Shown piece by piece: positions 24,712-33,952 of a stretch of DNA of 48,966 nt. How positions within the stretch are numbered: the stretch's first letter is position 1; the number at the start of each line of letters is the position of its first letter. The notes beneath the pieces are model-generated. The model was not told the DNA's origin and searched no databases. It worked only from the letters and a program-made list of their open reading frames with translations. This stretch comes from a virus: positions 1 through 48,966 of the IMG/VR virus record IMGVR_UViG_3300038701_001337. The stretch is one strand, 5' to 3'. The position numbers were made by a program, and so were the translations under genes.

Positions 24712-25131
24712 ATGAAATATGAAACTGGAAAATATTACAAATTGGTTTTAATCTCTGGTGATTTTGCAATTGCTAGATTTGATCACAGCAAACAACACAA
24801 TGATGTTGGTTTTATGTTTGCTCAACCAGATGGATTTGGCTTTATGTCAAGAGCAGATTTATCAGGTGTTGCTAAAATAATTCCATTGGAAATTGTTGAA
24901 GTTGATACTGATAAGAAAAAGGAAATTTTCTCACTGATTCAAAATGCAAACAATATTGTTGCATATTCATTCAGCTGTGTTTATCGTGATGATTCAACAT
25001 TCACTAAATTCCACAATGACTGGAAGCCTGCAATGCTTATTGGTGAAATGGCTTGTGCAAATAAAATGGTGATTGATGATGAATTCAAATATCACAGAAA
25101 GGTAGAGAAAAATGGAATTGATAATAATTAA
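24712..25131 (+). CDS. Hypothetical protein (139 aa)
   Basis: ORF; its ATG abuts the preceding TAA. Confidence 0.6.
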   Translation: MKYETGKYYKLVLISGDFAIARFDHSKQHNDVGFMFAQPDGFGFMSRADLSGVAKIIPLEIVEVDTDKKKEIFSLIQNANNIVAYSFSCVYRDDSTFTKFHNDWKPAMLIGEMACANKMVIDDEFKYHRKVEKNGIDNN

Positions 25132-25252
25132 AATTTTTATTTCAATATTTATTACAGCGCTTATTTTTTCAGCTTTAATAATTGCATCATTTGTCATATA
25201 TTCATTTTGGCACATATTTAAAGGAATCAGATTGGAATGGAAGAAAAGATAA
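25112..25252 (+). CDS. Small single-pass membrane protein (46 aa); below the ORF-track cutoff
   Basis: My own translation: MELIIIKIFISIFITALIFSALIIASFVIYSFWHIFKGIRLEWKKR. Confidence 0.4.
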   Translation: MELIIIKIFISIFITALIFSALIIASFVIYSFWHIFKGIRLEWKKR

Positions 25253-25350
25253 TATTTGCTGGACTTGCATTTTCAGCTTTTGTCTGGGTCTTGAATGATA
25301 TTATTCTTGACTGGTTTTTGATTTTGAATACTTGTGGTGGAATTGGATAA
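25237..25350 (+). CDS. Small membrane protein (37 aa); below the ORF-track cutoff
   Basis: MEEKIIFAGLAFSAFVWVLNDIILDWFLILNTCGGIG; TAATG overlap with the next gene. Confidence 0.4.
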   Translation: MEEKIIFAGLAFSAFVWVLNDIILDWFLILNTCGGIG

Positions 25351-25748
25351 TGGTTCATGCACTAAACAAAGGTAAAGCTGGGGAAAGGGAGTTTTGCAAG
25401 TGGCTTGAAGATAATTTGTCAATAATCACAAGCAGAAACCTAGACCAAGCCAGAGAAGGTGGTGCTGATGTCACTACTGATGACTTTTTATTTGAAGTTA
25501 AGCGCAGAGAAACATTGGATTTGCAATCTTGGTGGAATCAAGTGGTCAAAGCTGGCACCCAACCACGGAATAGCCATTTAATTCCAGTTGTCTGCTATAG
25601 ACAAAATAGAAAGCAGTGGCAATTTTTAATATCTGCAAAGTTCATTGGTCTTGAAAAAGGCTTTATTCACCTTGAAGAAAGAGTTTTTAGGCAGTGGGCC
25701 AGTGAGATAGTTAAGGGGCTTGCGAGTAATTCCCCTTTAGATGTTTAA
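25350..25748 (+). CDS. PD-(D/E)XK-type endonuclease, Holliday-junction-resolvase-like
   Basis: GKAGEREFCKWL...GGADV...FLFEVKRRE matches the E...D...ExK pattern. Start set to ATG 25350. Confidence 0.55.
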   Translation: MVHALNKGKAGEREFCKWLEDNLSIITSRNLDQAREGGADVTTDDFLFEVKRRETLDLQSWWNQVVKAGTQPRNSHLIPVVCYRQNRKQWQFLISAKFIGLEKGFIHLEERVFRQWASEIVKGLASNSPLDV

Positions 25749-25776
25749 TTTGTGGGCTATTTCCCACAGAGCCGTG

Positions 25777-25810
25777 GCCTAGCCTTACTTTAATAGTAGG
25801 GCTAGGCTTT
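25777..25810 (+). terminator. 8-bp GC-rich hairpin followed by TTT (possible terminator before the packaging genes)
   Basis: gcctagcc-15 nt-ggctaggc ttt. Confidence 0.4.
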
Positions 25811-25849
25811 AGGCGTTAAGCCGTTAGAAAGCCTTAGAGAGTGTATTAA

Positions 25850-27142
25850 ATGTATGAAGAAAATGGCGACTTAACAAGAGAAATTGAATTATCTGAGCCA
25901 CAGAGTAAATTATTCACAACAGATGCTCCTTTTCCTCTTTTTTGTGCTGGTTTTGGCTCTGGCAAATCACTGACAATGGGCCTTAAAATACTTGATGATT
26001 TGGATATTGCTGATGGTGTAAAGATTGGTGCATATGCTCCAACCTATGACCTTTTAAAGATGATTACAATTCCATATCTTGAAGAATTATTATATGATGC
26101 TGGTGAGCCATATAAATTAAACAAATCAGATTATTTCTTTCAACTGTCACGTGGTAGGCGCATATATTGCCGCTCAATGGATAATCCTGCTAGAATAGTT
26201 GGTTATGAAGTATTAAGAAGCCATGTTGATGAGCTTGATATACTTAAAAAGGAACAGGCTGAAACTGCATGGAATAAAATAATTGGTCGTAATAGGCAGA
26301 AAATAGTTGTTGATGGAAAGATAATTAGAAACTGTGTAAATGCATATTCAACTCCAGAAGGTTTTAACTTCTGCTATAATAGATGGATTAAAAACCCAGT
26401 TGAAGGCTATGAAATAATAAGAGCATCAACATACAGTAATGCTCATAATTTGCCACCTGACTATATTCCAAATCTAATTGCATCATATCCACCACAATTA
26501 ATACAGGCATATTTAGATGGTGAATTTGTAAACTTAACAAGTGGTGCAGTATATCCTAGATTTGATAGAAAACTAAATCATTGTGATGATGTTGTTAATC
26601 ATGGTGATCATTTACATATTGGTATGGACTTTAACGTAAATCATATGTCTGCTGGTATACATGTTATAAGAAATAATGAGCCAAGGGCAGTTGATGAGAT
26701 AACAGATGGTAGGGATACGCCAGATGTTTGCCAAATAATAAAAGAACGTTATCCAAATCACAAGATAACAATATATCCAGATGCATCAGGAAAAGGAACA
26801 AGTTCAAAGTCTGCATCAAAATCAGATATAACAATAATAAAAAGCTTTGGTTTTGATATTCTTGCTCCAAATAAAAACCCATTTGTGAAAGACAGGGTTG
26901 CTAGTCTTAATGCTGCTATTTGTGATGGTAATGGATATAGAAGATATAAAGTCAACACAACAATGTGCCCTGGAATTACAGAATCACTTGAACAACAAGT
27001 TTATAATAAACAAGGTGAACCAGATAAAACAGCAGGCAAAGACCACCACTGTGATGAAGTTGGATATTTTGTTAATTATAATTGGCCAATTGTTGCAAAA
27101 CGCGCTGAATTGAAAACAATGTCTATGCATATAAGAAGGTAG
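25850..27142 (+). CDS. terL: Terminase large subunit
   Basis: Walker A CAGFGSGKS, Walker B HVDELD, and C-terminal nuclease acidic motifs (GMDFN, DASG, HHCDE). Confidence 0.85.
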   Translation: MYEENGDLTREIELSEPQSKLFTTDAPFPLFCAGFGSGKSLTMGLKILDDLDIADGVKIGAYAPTYDLLKMITIPYLEELLYDAGEPYKLNKSDYFFQLSRGRRIYCRSMDNPARIVGYEVLRSHVDELDILKKEQAETAWNKIIGRNRQKIVVDGKIIRNCVNAYSTPEGFNFCYNRWIKNPVEGYEIIRASTYSNAHNLPPDYIPNLIASYPPQLIQAYLDGEFVNLTSGAVYPRFDRKLNHCDDVVNHGDHLHIGMDFNVNHMSAGIHVIRNNEPRAVDEITDGRDTPDVCQIIKERYPNHKITIYPDASGKGTSSKSASKSDITIIKSFGFDILAPNKNPFVKDRVASLNAAICDGNGYRRYKVNTTMCPGITESLEQQVYNKQGEPDKTAGKDHHCDEVGYFVNYNWPIVAKRAELKTMSMHIRR

Positions 27143-27144
27143 TG

Positions 27145-27528
27145 ATGAAAGGATTAATTCACAAATATTATCTTGAAATTTACAAAACTGATTTGAAAGT
27201 TTGCTTTCACCAAGAAACTATGGAAGCAAAATGCAAAGAAGACCTTTCAAATTTTGGTGGATATGTATGGTGGCCTAAGCAAGACAATGTTATATGGATT
27301 TATCTGCCTAAAAAGAAACATGGAGGATTAGATGTTGAGTGTTGTGCCCATGAATGCTACCATGCTGCTGATTTCATATTTCAAAGAACAGGAATGGAAA
27401 CATCCAACAATAACAGCAATGAACACATGGCCTATTTAATAGGCTTTCTTGTAAACAAAATATTTGATTTATTAATTGAAGATGAAAGAGTTGAAAAATC
27501 ATTGATTAATAAGAATTTGGAGAAATAA
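27145..27528 (+). CDS. Small hypothetical protein with an HExxH motif (HECYH)
   Basis: HECYH is encoded at 27349..27363; the gene sits between terL and portal. Confidence 0.55.
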   Translation: MKGLIHKYYLEIYKTDLKVCFHQETMEAKCKEDLSNFGGYVWWPKQDNVIWIYLPKKKHGGLDVECCAHECYHAADFIFQRTGMETSNNNSNEHMAYLIGFLVNKIFDLLIEDERVEKSLINKNLEK

Positions 27529-27529
27529 A

Positions 27530-28960
27530 ATGAGCAAAGCTGTAGAGACACGTCACCCAAGTTATGAAATAAAAGAATATGAGTGGAGGCAGATGAGAGA
27601 CACGGCAGATGGAGCATCATCTGTCAAACGCTCAGCAGCTCTTTATTTACCAGTTCCTGCAGCAATGTTCCAAAATCCAAGTGAACAAGCAGGTGTTCCA
27701 AATAGTAGTGGTTTTGAATATAACCGTGGTGGTGCTGGTGATAGGGAGCTTATCAACAGAGCACCTTGGAATCATCCAATTGCTGCATATTCTGCATATT
27801 TACAACGTGCTCGTTTTCCAGATATTGTATCATCAACTAAAATTGGCCTAATGGGTGTTGCTACTAAAAAACAACCAACAATTGATTTTCCAAGTGAGCT
27901 AAAGCACCTTGAAGAAAAGGCAACAACTTGCGGGTTGACTCTTAGTGATTTTTACAAAAAGTGCATTGATGAAGTTTTAACAACTGGACGTTTTTCATTT
28001 TTAATAGATATTGTTGACAATAAGCCATATTTTGTACCATATGTTGCTGAATCTTTCATAAATTGGAAGCAAGATGGTGATAAAGTAAAGCTTGCTGTTT
28101 TTGAAACATATCAATATGGTAATGATGATGATGAATTCTCACAAGATGTTAAAAAAGTTCACTTTGTTGGCAGAATAAATACTGATGGTGACTATGAATC
28201 TCAAAAATATGTTGATGGAGTTGCAATTGAAGACCCAATTGTGCCAAGCCTAACTGGCAAAAAGTTTGAAAGAGTTCCATTAGTTGTTGTTAATGCAACT
28301 GATTTAGGAACTCAAGTTGACACAACTCCAATGCTTGGTATATCAGATATTGCTATTTCAATATATCAAAAAGAAGCAGATATGGCAAATTCTGAATTTG
28401 TAACATGTAATCCAATGCTTGTTTTTATAGGTATTGATGCAGGTTCAGCACCAAGTGTTGTTGGCTCTAATGTTGCATTTGCAATACCTGACTCAGATGG
28501 TGATGCAAAATATGTTGAGCCAGCAGCAAATTGCCTACAACACATGAGTGTGAGAATAGAAAATCTATTCAAAGAAGCAACAATGTATGGAGCAGCACTA
28601 TTAGGTGGCTCAAACAGAGCAGAATCCACTGAAACCACACGGATGAAACAAGAGGCATCTGGCGCAAGCTTGAAAACAATTGTTGATAGTGTTGAGAAAG
28701 GAATTCACCAAGGATTAAACATGATTCTTGATTTGACGAATTCAAATTCTGAATATACTTTTATTGCAAATAAAGAATTTACAGACTTGAAGTTGACTGC
28801 TCCTGAAATAACTGCTCTTGTTCAATCTTGGCTTAATAAAGGCATTAGTTATGAATCATATTTCTCAAATATGAAGAAAGGTGGCTATATCCCTGAAGAT
28901 AGAACAATTGATGAAGAGCGTTCAATGATTGAAAAAAATCCTCCAATGATGAGTGAATAA
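27530..28960 (+). CDS. Portal protein
   Basis: 476 aa, directly after the terL region and before a MuF-like gene; call rests on size and synteny. Confidence 0.75.
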   Translation: MSKAVETRHPSYEIKEYEWRQMRDTADGASSVKRSAALYLPVPAAMFQNPSEQAGVPNSSGFEYNRGGAGDRELINRAPWNHPIAAYSAYLQRARFPDIVSSTKIGLMGVATKKQPTIDFPSELKHLEEKATTCGLTLSDFYKKCIDEVLTTGRFSFLIDIVDNKPYFVPYVAESFINWKQDGDKVKLAVFETYQYGNDDDEFSQDVKKVHFVGRINTDGDYESQKYVDGVAIEDPIVPSLTGKKFERVPLVVVNATDLGTQVDTTPMLGISDIAISIYQKEADMANSEFVTCNPMLVFIGIDAGSAPSVVGSNVAFAIPDSDGDAKYVEPAANCLQHMSVRIENLFKEATMYGAALLGGSNRAESTETTRMKQEASGASLKTIVDSVEKGIHQGLNMILDLTNSNSEYTFIANKEFTDLKLTAPEITALVQSWLNKGISYESYFSNMKKGGYIPEDRTIDEERSMIEKNPPMMSE

Positions 28961-28962
28961 TT

Positions 28963-30081
28963 ATGGCAGGATTATTTGATGATATTATTTCAAGACAAAT
29001 TGGGATTGAGCGTACAAAAGCAGGTGAAGTGAAAAGACTGCGCAAAATATTAAAAGAGCTTGATAACAATATTGAAATGAAGTTTAGAAATTTGCCTGAG
29101 AATTATACTCAGGCTCAACTTAACAAATTGCTAAAGGAAATTAGATTAATTACTATAGACTTTTACAATGATAAGGTTATAAAATATCACAAAGAAATTA
29201 TTAATGGCGCTGTATCATCTGAAGTAGATTTTGCCCACAACATTGTGTCAAAATATTTAGCAGTTGGAATTGTAGCAAAACCAGATAAAAAAACAATTAT
29301 TGATGAAGTTATTTCTACAAAATATCAAGGTGAATACTTGATTGATTGGACTGAAAAACTAGGAAGAGATAAAGCAAGCCGAATTGCAAAAGATGTAAGA
29401 AATGCAGCAATTAACAACTCAAGCAATGTTGTTTTATTTGAAACTGCTAGAAATTCAATTAGAATTTCAAATAATAATGCAGATACTGTTACAAAGGCAT
29501 ATGTTAACAATTCAGTAAATATAAGCCGTGATAATGTTTATTCTTCAAATCCAGAATCTGTTGAAGTAATTGTTTGGTCATCAATCCTTGATAGCAGAAC
29601 AACTATTACATGTGCTGTTAGATCAAATAAAAAATATAATGCTTTAACAAAAGAGCCAATTGGACATGATAATCAATGGAATGGTGGCCCAGGTGCTATT
29701 CATTGGGGTTGTCGCTCTGTTGGCATTCCAACAAATAAAGAAGGTGTTATTGTGGAAGGTTCTGGAGCTGGTGAGAAATATAATGAAGGAACAAAAACTG
29801 CAATTGGAGCTGAAAGTGGCTATGAGCGTGGTGGCAATAAAAAAGAAAATGGCAAAGTTGCAAAAATACCAACTAATTCAAATCAGCTTGATAAACAAAT
29901 TGTTCCTGCAGATATGGATTATGACACATGGTTGAGAAAACAACCAAGAGCATTCATTGAAGATACGCTTGGGAAAGGCAAGGCATCTTTATTCATTGAT
30001 AAGAAAGTATCATTGCAAGAATTTGTTGTTGAAGATGGTACTGAATTAACGTTTGAACAATTAAATAAAAAGGTTGCATAA
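28963..30081 (+). CDS. Head morphogenesis protein (Mu gpF / SPP1 gp7-like)
   Basis: SILDSRTTITC motif typical of the MuF family; sits after the portal gene. Confidence 0.7.
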   Translation: MAGLFDDIISRQIGIERTKAGEVKRLRKILKELDNNIEMKFRNLPENYTQAQLNKLLKEIRLITIDFYNDKVIKYHKEIINGAVSSEVDFAHNIVSKYLAVGIVAKPDKKTIIDEVISTKYQGEYLIDWTEKLGRDKASRIAKDVRNAAINNSSNVVLFETARNSIRISNNNADTVTKAYVNNSVNISRDNVYSSNPESVEVIVWSSILDSRTTITCAVRSNKKYNALTKEPIGHDNQWNGGPGAIHWGCRSVGIPTNKEGVIVEGSGAGEKYNEGTKTAIGAESGYERGGNKKENGKVAKIPTNSNQLDKQIVPADMDYDTWLRKQPRAFIEDTLGKGKASLFIDKKVSLQEFVVEDGTELTFEQLNKKVA

Positions 30082-30082
30082 G

Positions 30083-30997
30083 ATGAAAAATACAATTTTA
30101 GCAAGTGTTATTCCAATGGCACTTAGTGGCAAATTCCAAAATCAAAAGAATTCAGATATTCTTTTTTCAAATGATATTGGCAATCATTATAAAAATCGCT
30201 ATTCATCAAATATTTGTTTTGCAGATGGTGATGATGCAGGAGGTGATGAAGGCAACGCTGATATTGACTTCTCAAATCCATTGATTAAAGATTATGTTCA
30301 AAGGCAAGTCAATGAAGCAATAACAGGCCTCAAAACCAAGAACACGGAATTACTTGGCAAATATCAAGAAACAAAAACAAAGCTTGAAGGCTATGGTGAA
30401 ATAAGCTCTGATCAAGTCAAGAAAATAATGGGCGTTCTGCAAGGCAATGAAGAAGCACAGCTGCTTGCAGATGGTAAATTTGAAGAAGTTGTTGCAAAGC
30501 GTCTTGATAGAGTTAAAGCAGAATATGATGACAAGTTGACAGGCATGACAAGTGAACTTGAAAAGCTCAATGGTGAAACTGGCAAATATAAAAAATTATA
30601 TCAAGAAAGAATTCTTGGTGATCAACTACGCGCAATTGCAATAAAAGAAGGTGTTTTGCCAGAAGCATATGATGATGTTCTTAGAAGAGGCTTTGATATT
30701 TTCAGCCTTGCAGAAGATGGAACTATTGAAGCAAGAAATGAAAATGGCGAGTTGTTGAAAGATAAAAAAGATATGCTTTTAACACCTGAGCGTTTTATTA
30801 ATGCATTAAAAGAAACATCACCATATTATTGGCCAGCAAGTCAAGGTTCAGGTGCACAATCTCAAACACAAAGACCACAAAATGGATTACCAAGTGGTGA
30901 TATTGGGAAGTTAAATGATGTTGTGAAAGGTGGTAATTTTGATCTTGAAGCATATCGCAAAGCACGTGGTGATGATCAAAGCCGCTATAATAGATAA
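30083..30997 (+). CDS. Scaffolding protein (coiled-coil)
   Basis: Charged helical sequence just upstream of the capsid gene. Start set to ATG 30083. Confidence 0.6.
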   Translation: MKNTILASVIPMALSGKFQNQKNSDILFSNDIGNHYKNRYSSNICFADGDDAGGDEGNADIDFSNPLIKDYVQRQVNEAITGLKTKNTELLGKYQETKTKLEGYGEISSDQVKKIMGVLQGNEEAQLLADGKFEEVVAKRLDRVKAEYDDKLTGMTSELEKLNGETGKYKKLYQERILGDQLRAIAIKEGVLPEAYDDVLRRGFDIFSLAEDGTIEARNENGELLKDKKDMLLTPERFINALKETSPYYWPASQGSGAQSQTQRPQNGLPSGDIGKLNDVVKGGNFDLEAYRKARGDDQSRYNR

Positions 30998-31166
30998 TTA
31001 CTTTACTTATCGATTAATATAGTATAGTCTTACTCTTAATAGGGTAAGGCTCTATTAAAATCCTCATCTCTGGTAAGGCTGGTGGTGAAATATTGAAAAA
31101 TATTCTCACACTGGCCTTTCTTCCTCTTCTTACTTGGCCAGTGAAGGCAAAGTAAGGAAAATAAAA

Positions 31167-32312
31167 ATGTCAAACTTTATCAATCCACAAGTAGTTGCTG
31201 CAGAGTCAATTGACCAGCTTGAATATGAGCTAGTTGCTGCAAACTTAATGTATCGTGACCGCACTAATGATTTTGCCAACTCTCGTGGTTTGAAAGTTGG
31301 TGAATTTGTAAAAGTTCGCACTGTATCTGATTTTACAGTTGATGAATTTACTGGTGTTGGTCCAATCCGCACTCAAGAAATAAACCAATCATCAGCTCAA
31401 CTAGAAATTGAAAAACACCTTGATGTTTCAGTTGAAATCACAGCCCGTGAGCGTGCTCTGAATTTGGATGGTATCCGCAAAGAAGTCATCAACCCAGTTA
31501 TGTCAGCTCTTGCGCAAAAAATTGATACCTATCTGCTTTCAAAAGTAACTGAAGCACAAGGCTTGTATGCATCTGCAACTCTTCTTGAAAATGCAGCTGA
31601 TATTGCTCAATCAAATAAAGCAGCTATCTTGCAGCAAATCTCAAAAGTCAATCGCATTGGCATTGTGAATGAAGAGCTTGAAGCAACACTTTTAGGCACT
31701 GATGTATTTAGCAAATTTGATACTCGTGGTCAAGATGGTGCAACTGCTTTGCGTGAAGCCTCACTTGGCAAGTTGATGGGCACAATGTGGTTCTCAACTG
31801 TCAATTTCCCATCTGTGCAACATACAATGGGCAATGGCACAACAACTCTTGATAATGCTCTTGCAACAAGCAATGTGCAAGGCCAATCTGCACTTGTTGT
31901 TGATGCAACAACTGGCACCTTCAATGCAGGTGATAAAATCCTAATTGCTGGCGCAAAACGTTCTTATACTGTTGCATCACAAGTTCTTGCAACTGCAACA
32001 TCAATTCCTTTGGTTGAGCAAATCAATGAGAATTTGAGTTTGCTTGATGGCGCTGCAATCACCACGGTGAGCTCTGGCAATACTGTTGATTATCAAGGTA
32101 TTTATTTCAACCCAGGTGCTTTTGGATATGCAACTCCGCCACTTGACCCTGCAGACAGTGAAAAATCAGCAACTGCAATTGCAAATGGCTTGTCAATTCG
32201 AGTGACTGAAGCATATGACATCAATACAAAAGTGACAATTTGGTCATTTGATCTGTTGATTGGTGCCAAAATGGTTGATACTCGCAAAGGTCTTTTGCTT
32301 GGTAAATTCTAA
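31167..32312 (+). CDS. Major capsid protein (P22-coat-like by resemblance)
   Basis: 381 aa, strong RBS AAGGAAA, terminator downstream, positioned after the scaffold gene. Start set to ATG 31167. Confidence 0.75.
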   Translation: MSNFINPQVVAAESIDQLEYELVAANLMYRDRTNDFANSRGLKVGEFVKVRTVSDFTVDEFTGVGPIRTQEINQSSAQLEIEKHLDVSVEITARERALNLDGIRKEVINPVMSALAQKIDTYLLSKVTEAQGLYASATLLENAADIAQSNKAAILQQISKVNRIGIVNEELEATLLGTDVFSKFDTRGQDGATALREASLGKLMGTMWFSTVNFPSVQHTMGNGTTTLDNALATSNVQGQSALVVDATTGTFNAGDKILIAGAKRSYTVASQVLATATSIPLVEQINENLSLLDGAAITTVSSGNTVDYQGIYFNPGAFGYATPPLDPADSEKSATAIANGLSIRVTEAYDINTKVTIWSFDLLIGAKMVDTRKGLLLGKF

Positions 32313-32314
32313 AT

Positions 32315-32337
32315 GAGGCCATCCGGCCTCTTGTTTT
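32315..32337 (+). terminator. Rho-independent terminator after the capsid gene
   Basis: gaggcc-atcc-ggcctc followed by ttgtttt. Confidence 0.7.
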
Positions 32338-32358
32338 AAATTAATTGGAGAATTTGGA

Positions 32359-32553
32359 ATGGCAATTCTAAAGTTATATAAAAAAGTTCTTGCTAAGGAT
32401 GCAGATGGTGGTGTTGAAATCAAAGTATGCACTGCAGATTTGCGTCAAGTTGAAGCAATGAAGAAAAATGGTTGGTGTGAAACTGAAGTTGACGCTGACA
32501 AAGTTACTAAAGCTGCTCTTGAAAAAGCAGCAAAAGTTGAAAAAGAAGATTAA
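32359..32553 (+). CDS. Small hypothetical head-module protein (64 aa)
   Basis: ORF with GGAG upstream. Confidence 0.55.
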   Translation: MAILKLYKKVLAKDADGGVEIKVCTADLRQVEAMKKNGWCETEVDADKVTKAALEKAAKVEKED

Positions 32554-32565
32554 TTGGTGAATTAA

Positions 32566-33102
32566 ATGGCGATAATTACAGATTATACAAACTCACAGTT
32601 TAATGCTTATGCAACCACTGCAGAAATTGATGAAATAATTGTTGATTTATCGCCATTTTCCAATACTTCAAAATGGGATGCTCTTGATGAACCAAGCAAA
32701 GAAGGTGTTATCAAGAATGCATCTCAAAATGTTAATTGTTTTGCATACAAAGGTGTTTTAAATAGTGCAGTAATAAGTCCATTTAATATGCAATTCCCAA
32801 GAATTGGATTGTTTTATACAAATGGAACTGCAGTAAACAGCAATGAGATTCCATTTTTTGTGAAGCAATATGTTGCTGAAAGATGCCTTGAGATATTAGA
32901 TTTTGGCCCAAGTGCTGCAAATGGAGTATTAGTGCCAAGCAATGTGAAGAAAAATAAAGTTGGCTCACTTGAGCAAGAATTTTTCTCTCCAAAAGAGATG
33001 ACTGCAAACCAATTAACATTAAAAGATTTTTCAAGCTATCAATGCACAATAAAGCCATATGTTTTGAATAGTGGTAATACAATATATCTCAAAAGGGCAT
33101 AG
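32566..33102 (+). CDS. Head-tail connector/adaptor (DnaT-like-domain family)
   Basis: AYATTAEIDEII...KWDALDEPSKEGVIKNASQNVN...FPR pattern, plus position. Confidence 0.55.
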   Translation: MAIITDYTNSQFNAYATTAEIDEIIVDLSPFSNTSKWDALDEPSKEGVIKNASQNVNCFAYKGVLNSAVISPFNMQFPRIGLFYTNGTAVNSNEIPFFVKQYVAERCLEILDFGPSAANGVLVPSNVKKNKVGSLEQEFFSPKEMTANQLTLKDFSSYQCTIKPYVLNSGNTIYLKRA

Positions 33103-33104
33103 TT

Positions 33105-33509
33105 ATGGCAATTAGCAATGTAGCTATCTGGCAAGCAACAATTGATGCACTTGTTGCTCTTATTGAGAATTTTGGGCAGCCAGCCACACTCCAAACACGG
33201 GATTCAAAACCACTTAGGCAAGGAAGTATTGATTCAGATATAAAATTTACAGATTTTAAAAATGTAATTATTGCTTTTGATACAAATAACAGAGGCAAAA
33301 CAACATTTGATTCAACATCAACTGAGCAATCAATAACCCATGAATTATATATGGAATATATAAATGGTGTTACTTCTGAAATGTGGGTTCTTTATTTAGG
33401 CAGAAGAATAAGAATTGTTGATGTTGAGAATATTGGCGAGTTGAATGGTATTTTGAAATTGCGATGCACTGAAAGAGGCATTGATCAAAATAAGGCATCA
33501 GAGGCATGA
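33105..33509 (+). CDS. Head closure / head-tail joining protein
   Basis: Size and position; the C-terminal pattern RRIRIVDVENIGELNGILKLRCTE is typical of head-tail joining proteins. Confidence 0.6.
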   Translation: MAISNVAIWQATIDALVALIENFGQPATLQTRDSKPLRQGSIDSDIKFTDFKNVIIAFDTNNRGKTTFDSTSTEQSITHELYMEYINGVTSEMWVLYLGRRIRIVDVENIGELNGILKLRCTERGIDQNKASEA

Positions 33510-33952
33510 GTTTTCATATTAAAGCAGGAAAGAAAAATCAAGAGATTCTTGATAAATTGAAAAATCTTGGCTCTGATGCAAGGCTTGGTATTGAAAAAGG
33601 CTTTGAAGAGCTTGGTTCTAGTCTTGTTAGAACTGGTGAAAATCAAGCTTTGAATGAGCCAAAATTTGGCAGAGAATATAGTTTTAAAATAAATGGAGTT
33701 AAGAAACTTCACAGAGCATCTTCCGCTGGCCAATCTCCTGCTTTATTGACTGGCAATTATTTTGAAAATTTTAAATATGAAAATCGTGGCAATGAACTTG
33801 AGTTTGGTAATGATGCTGAATATTCAGGATACCTTGAAGATGGCACTGATAATATGGAGCCAAGGCCAGGTGTTATGAATGCAGTTAGCTCAAGTGTAAG
33901 AAATGCAAGATTATATTTGGAAGAAAATATTGGCCAGAGTTTAGAGCTATGA
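33506..33952 (+). CDS. HK97 gp10-like tail-completion/neck protein
   Basis: Size, position and overlapping start. Confidence 0.5.
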   Translation: MSFHIKAGKKNQEILDKLKNLGSDARLGIEKGFEELGSSLVRTGENQALNEPKFGREYSFKINGVKKLHRASSAGQSPALLTGNYFENFKYENRGNELEFGNDAEYSGYLEDGTDNMEPRPGVMNAVSSSVRNARLYLEENIGQSLEL

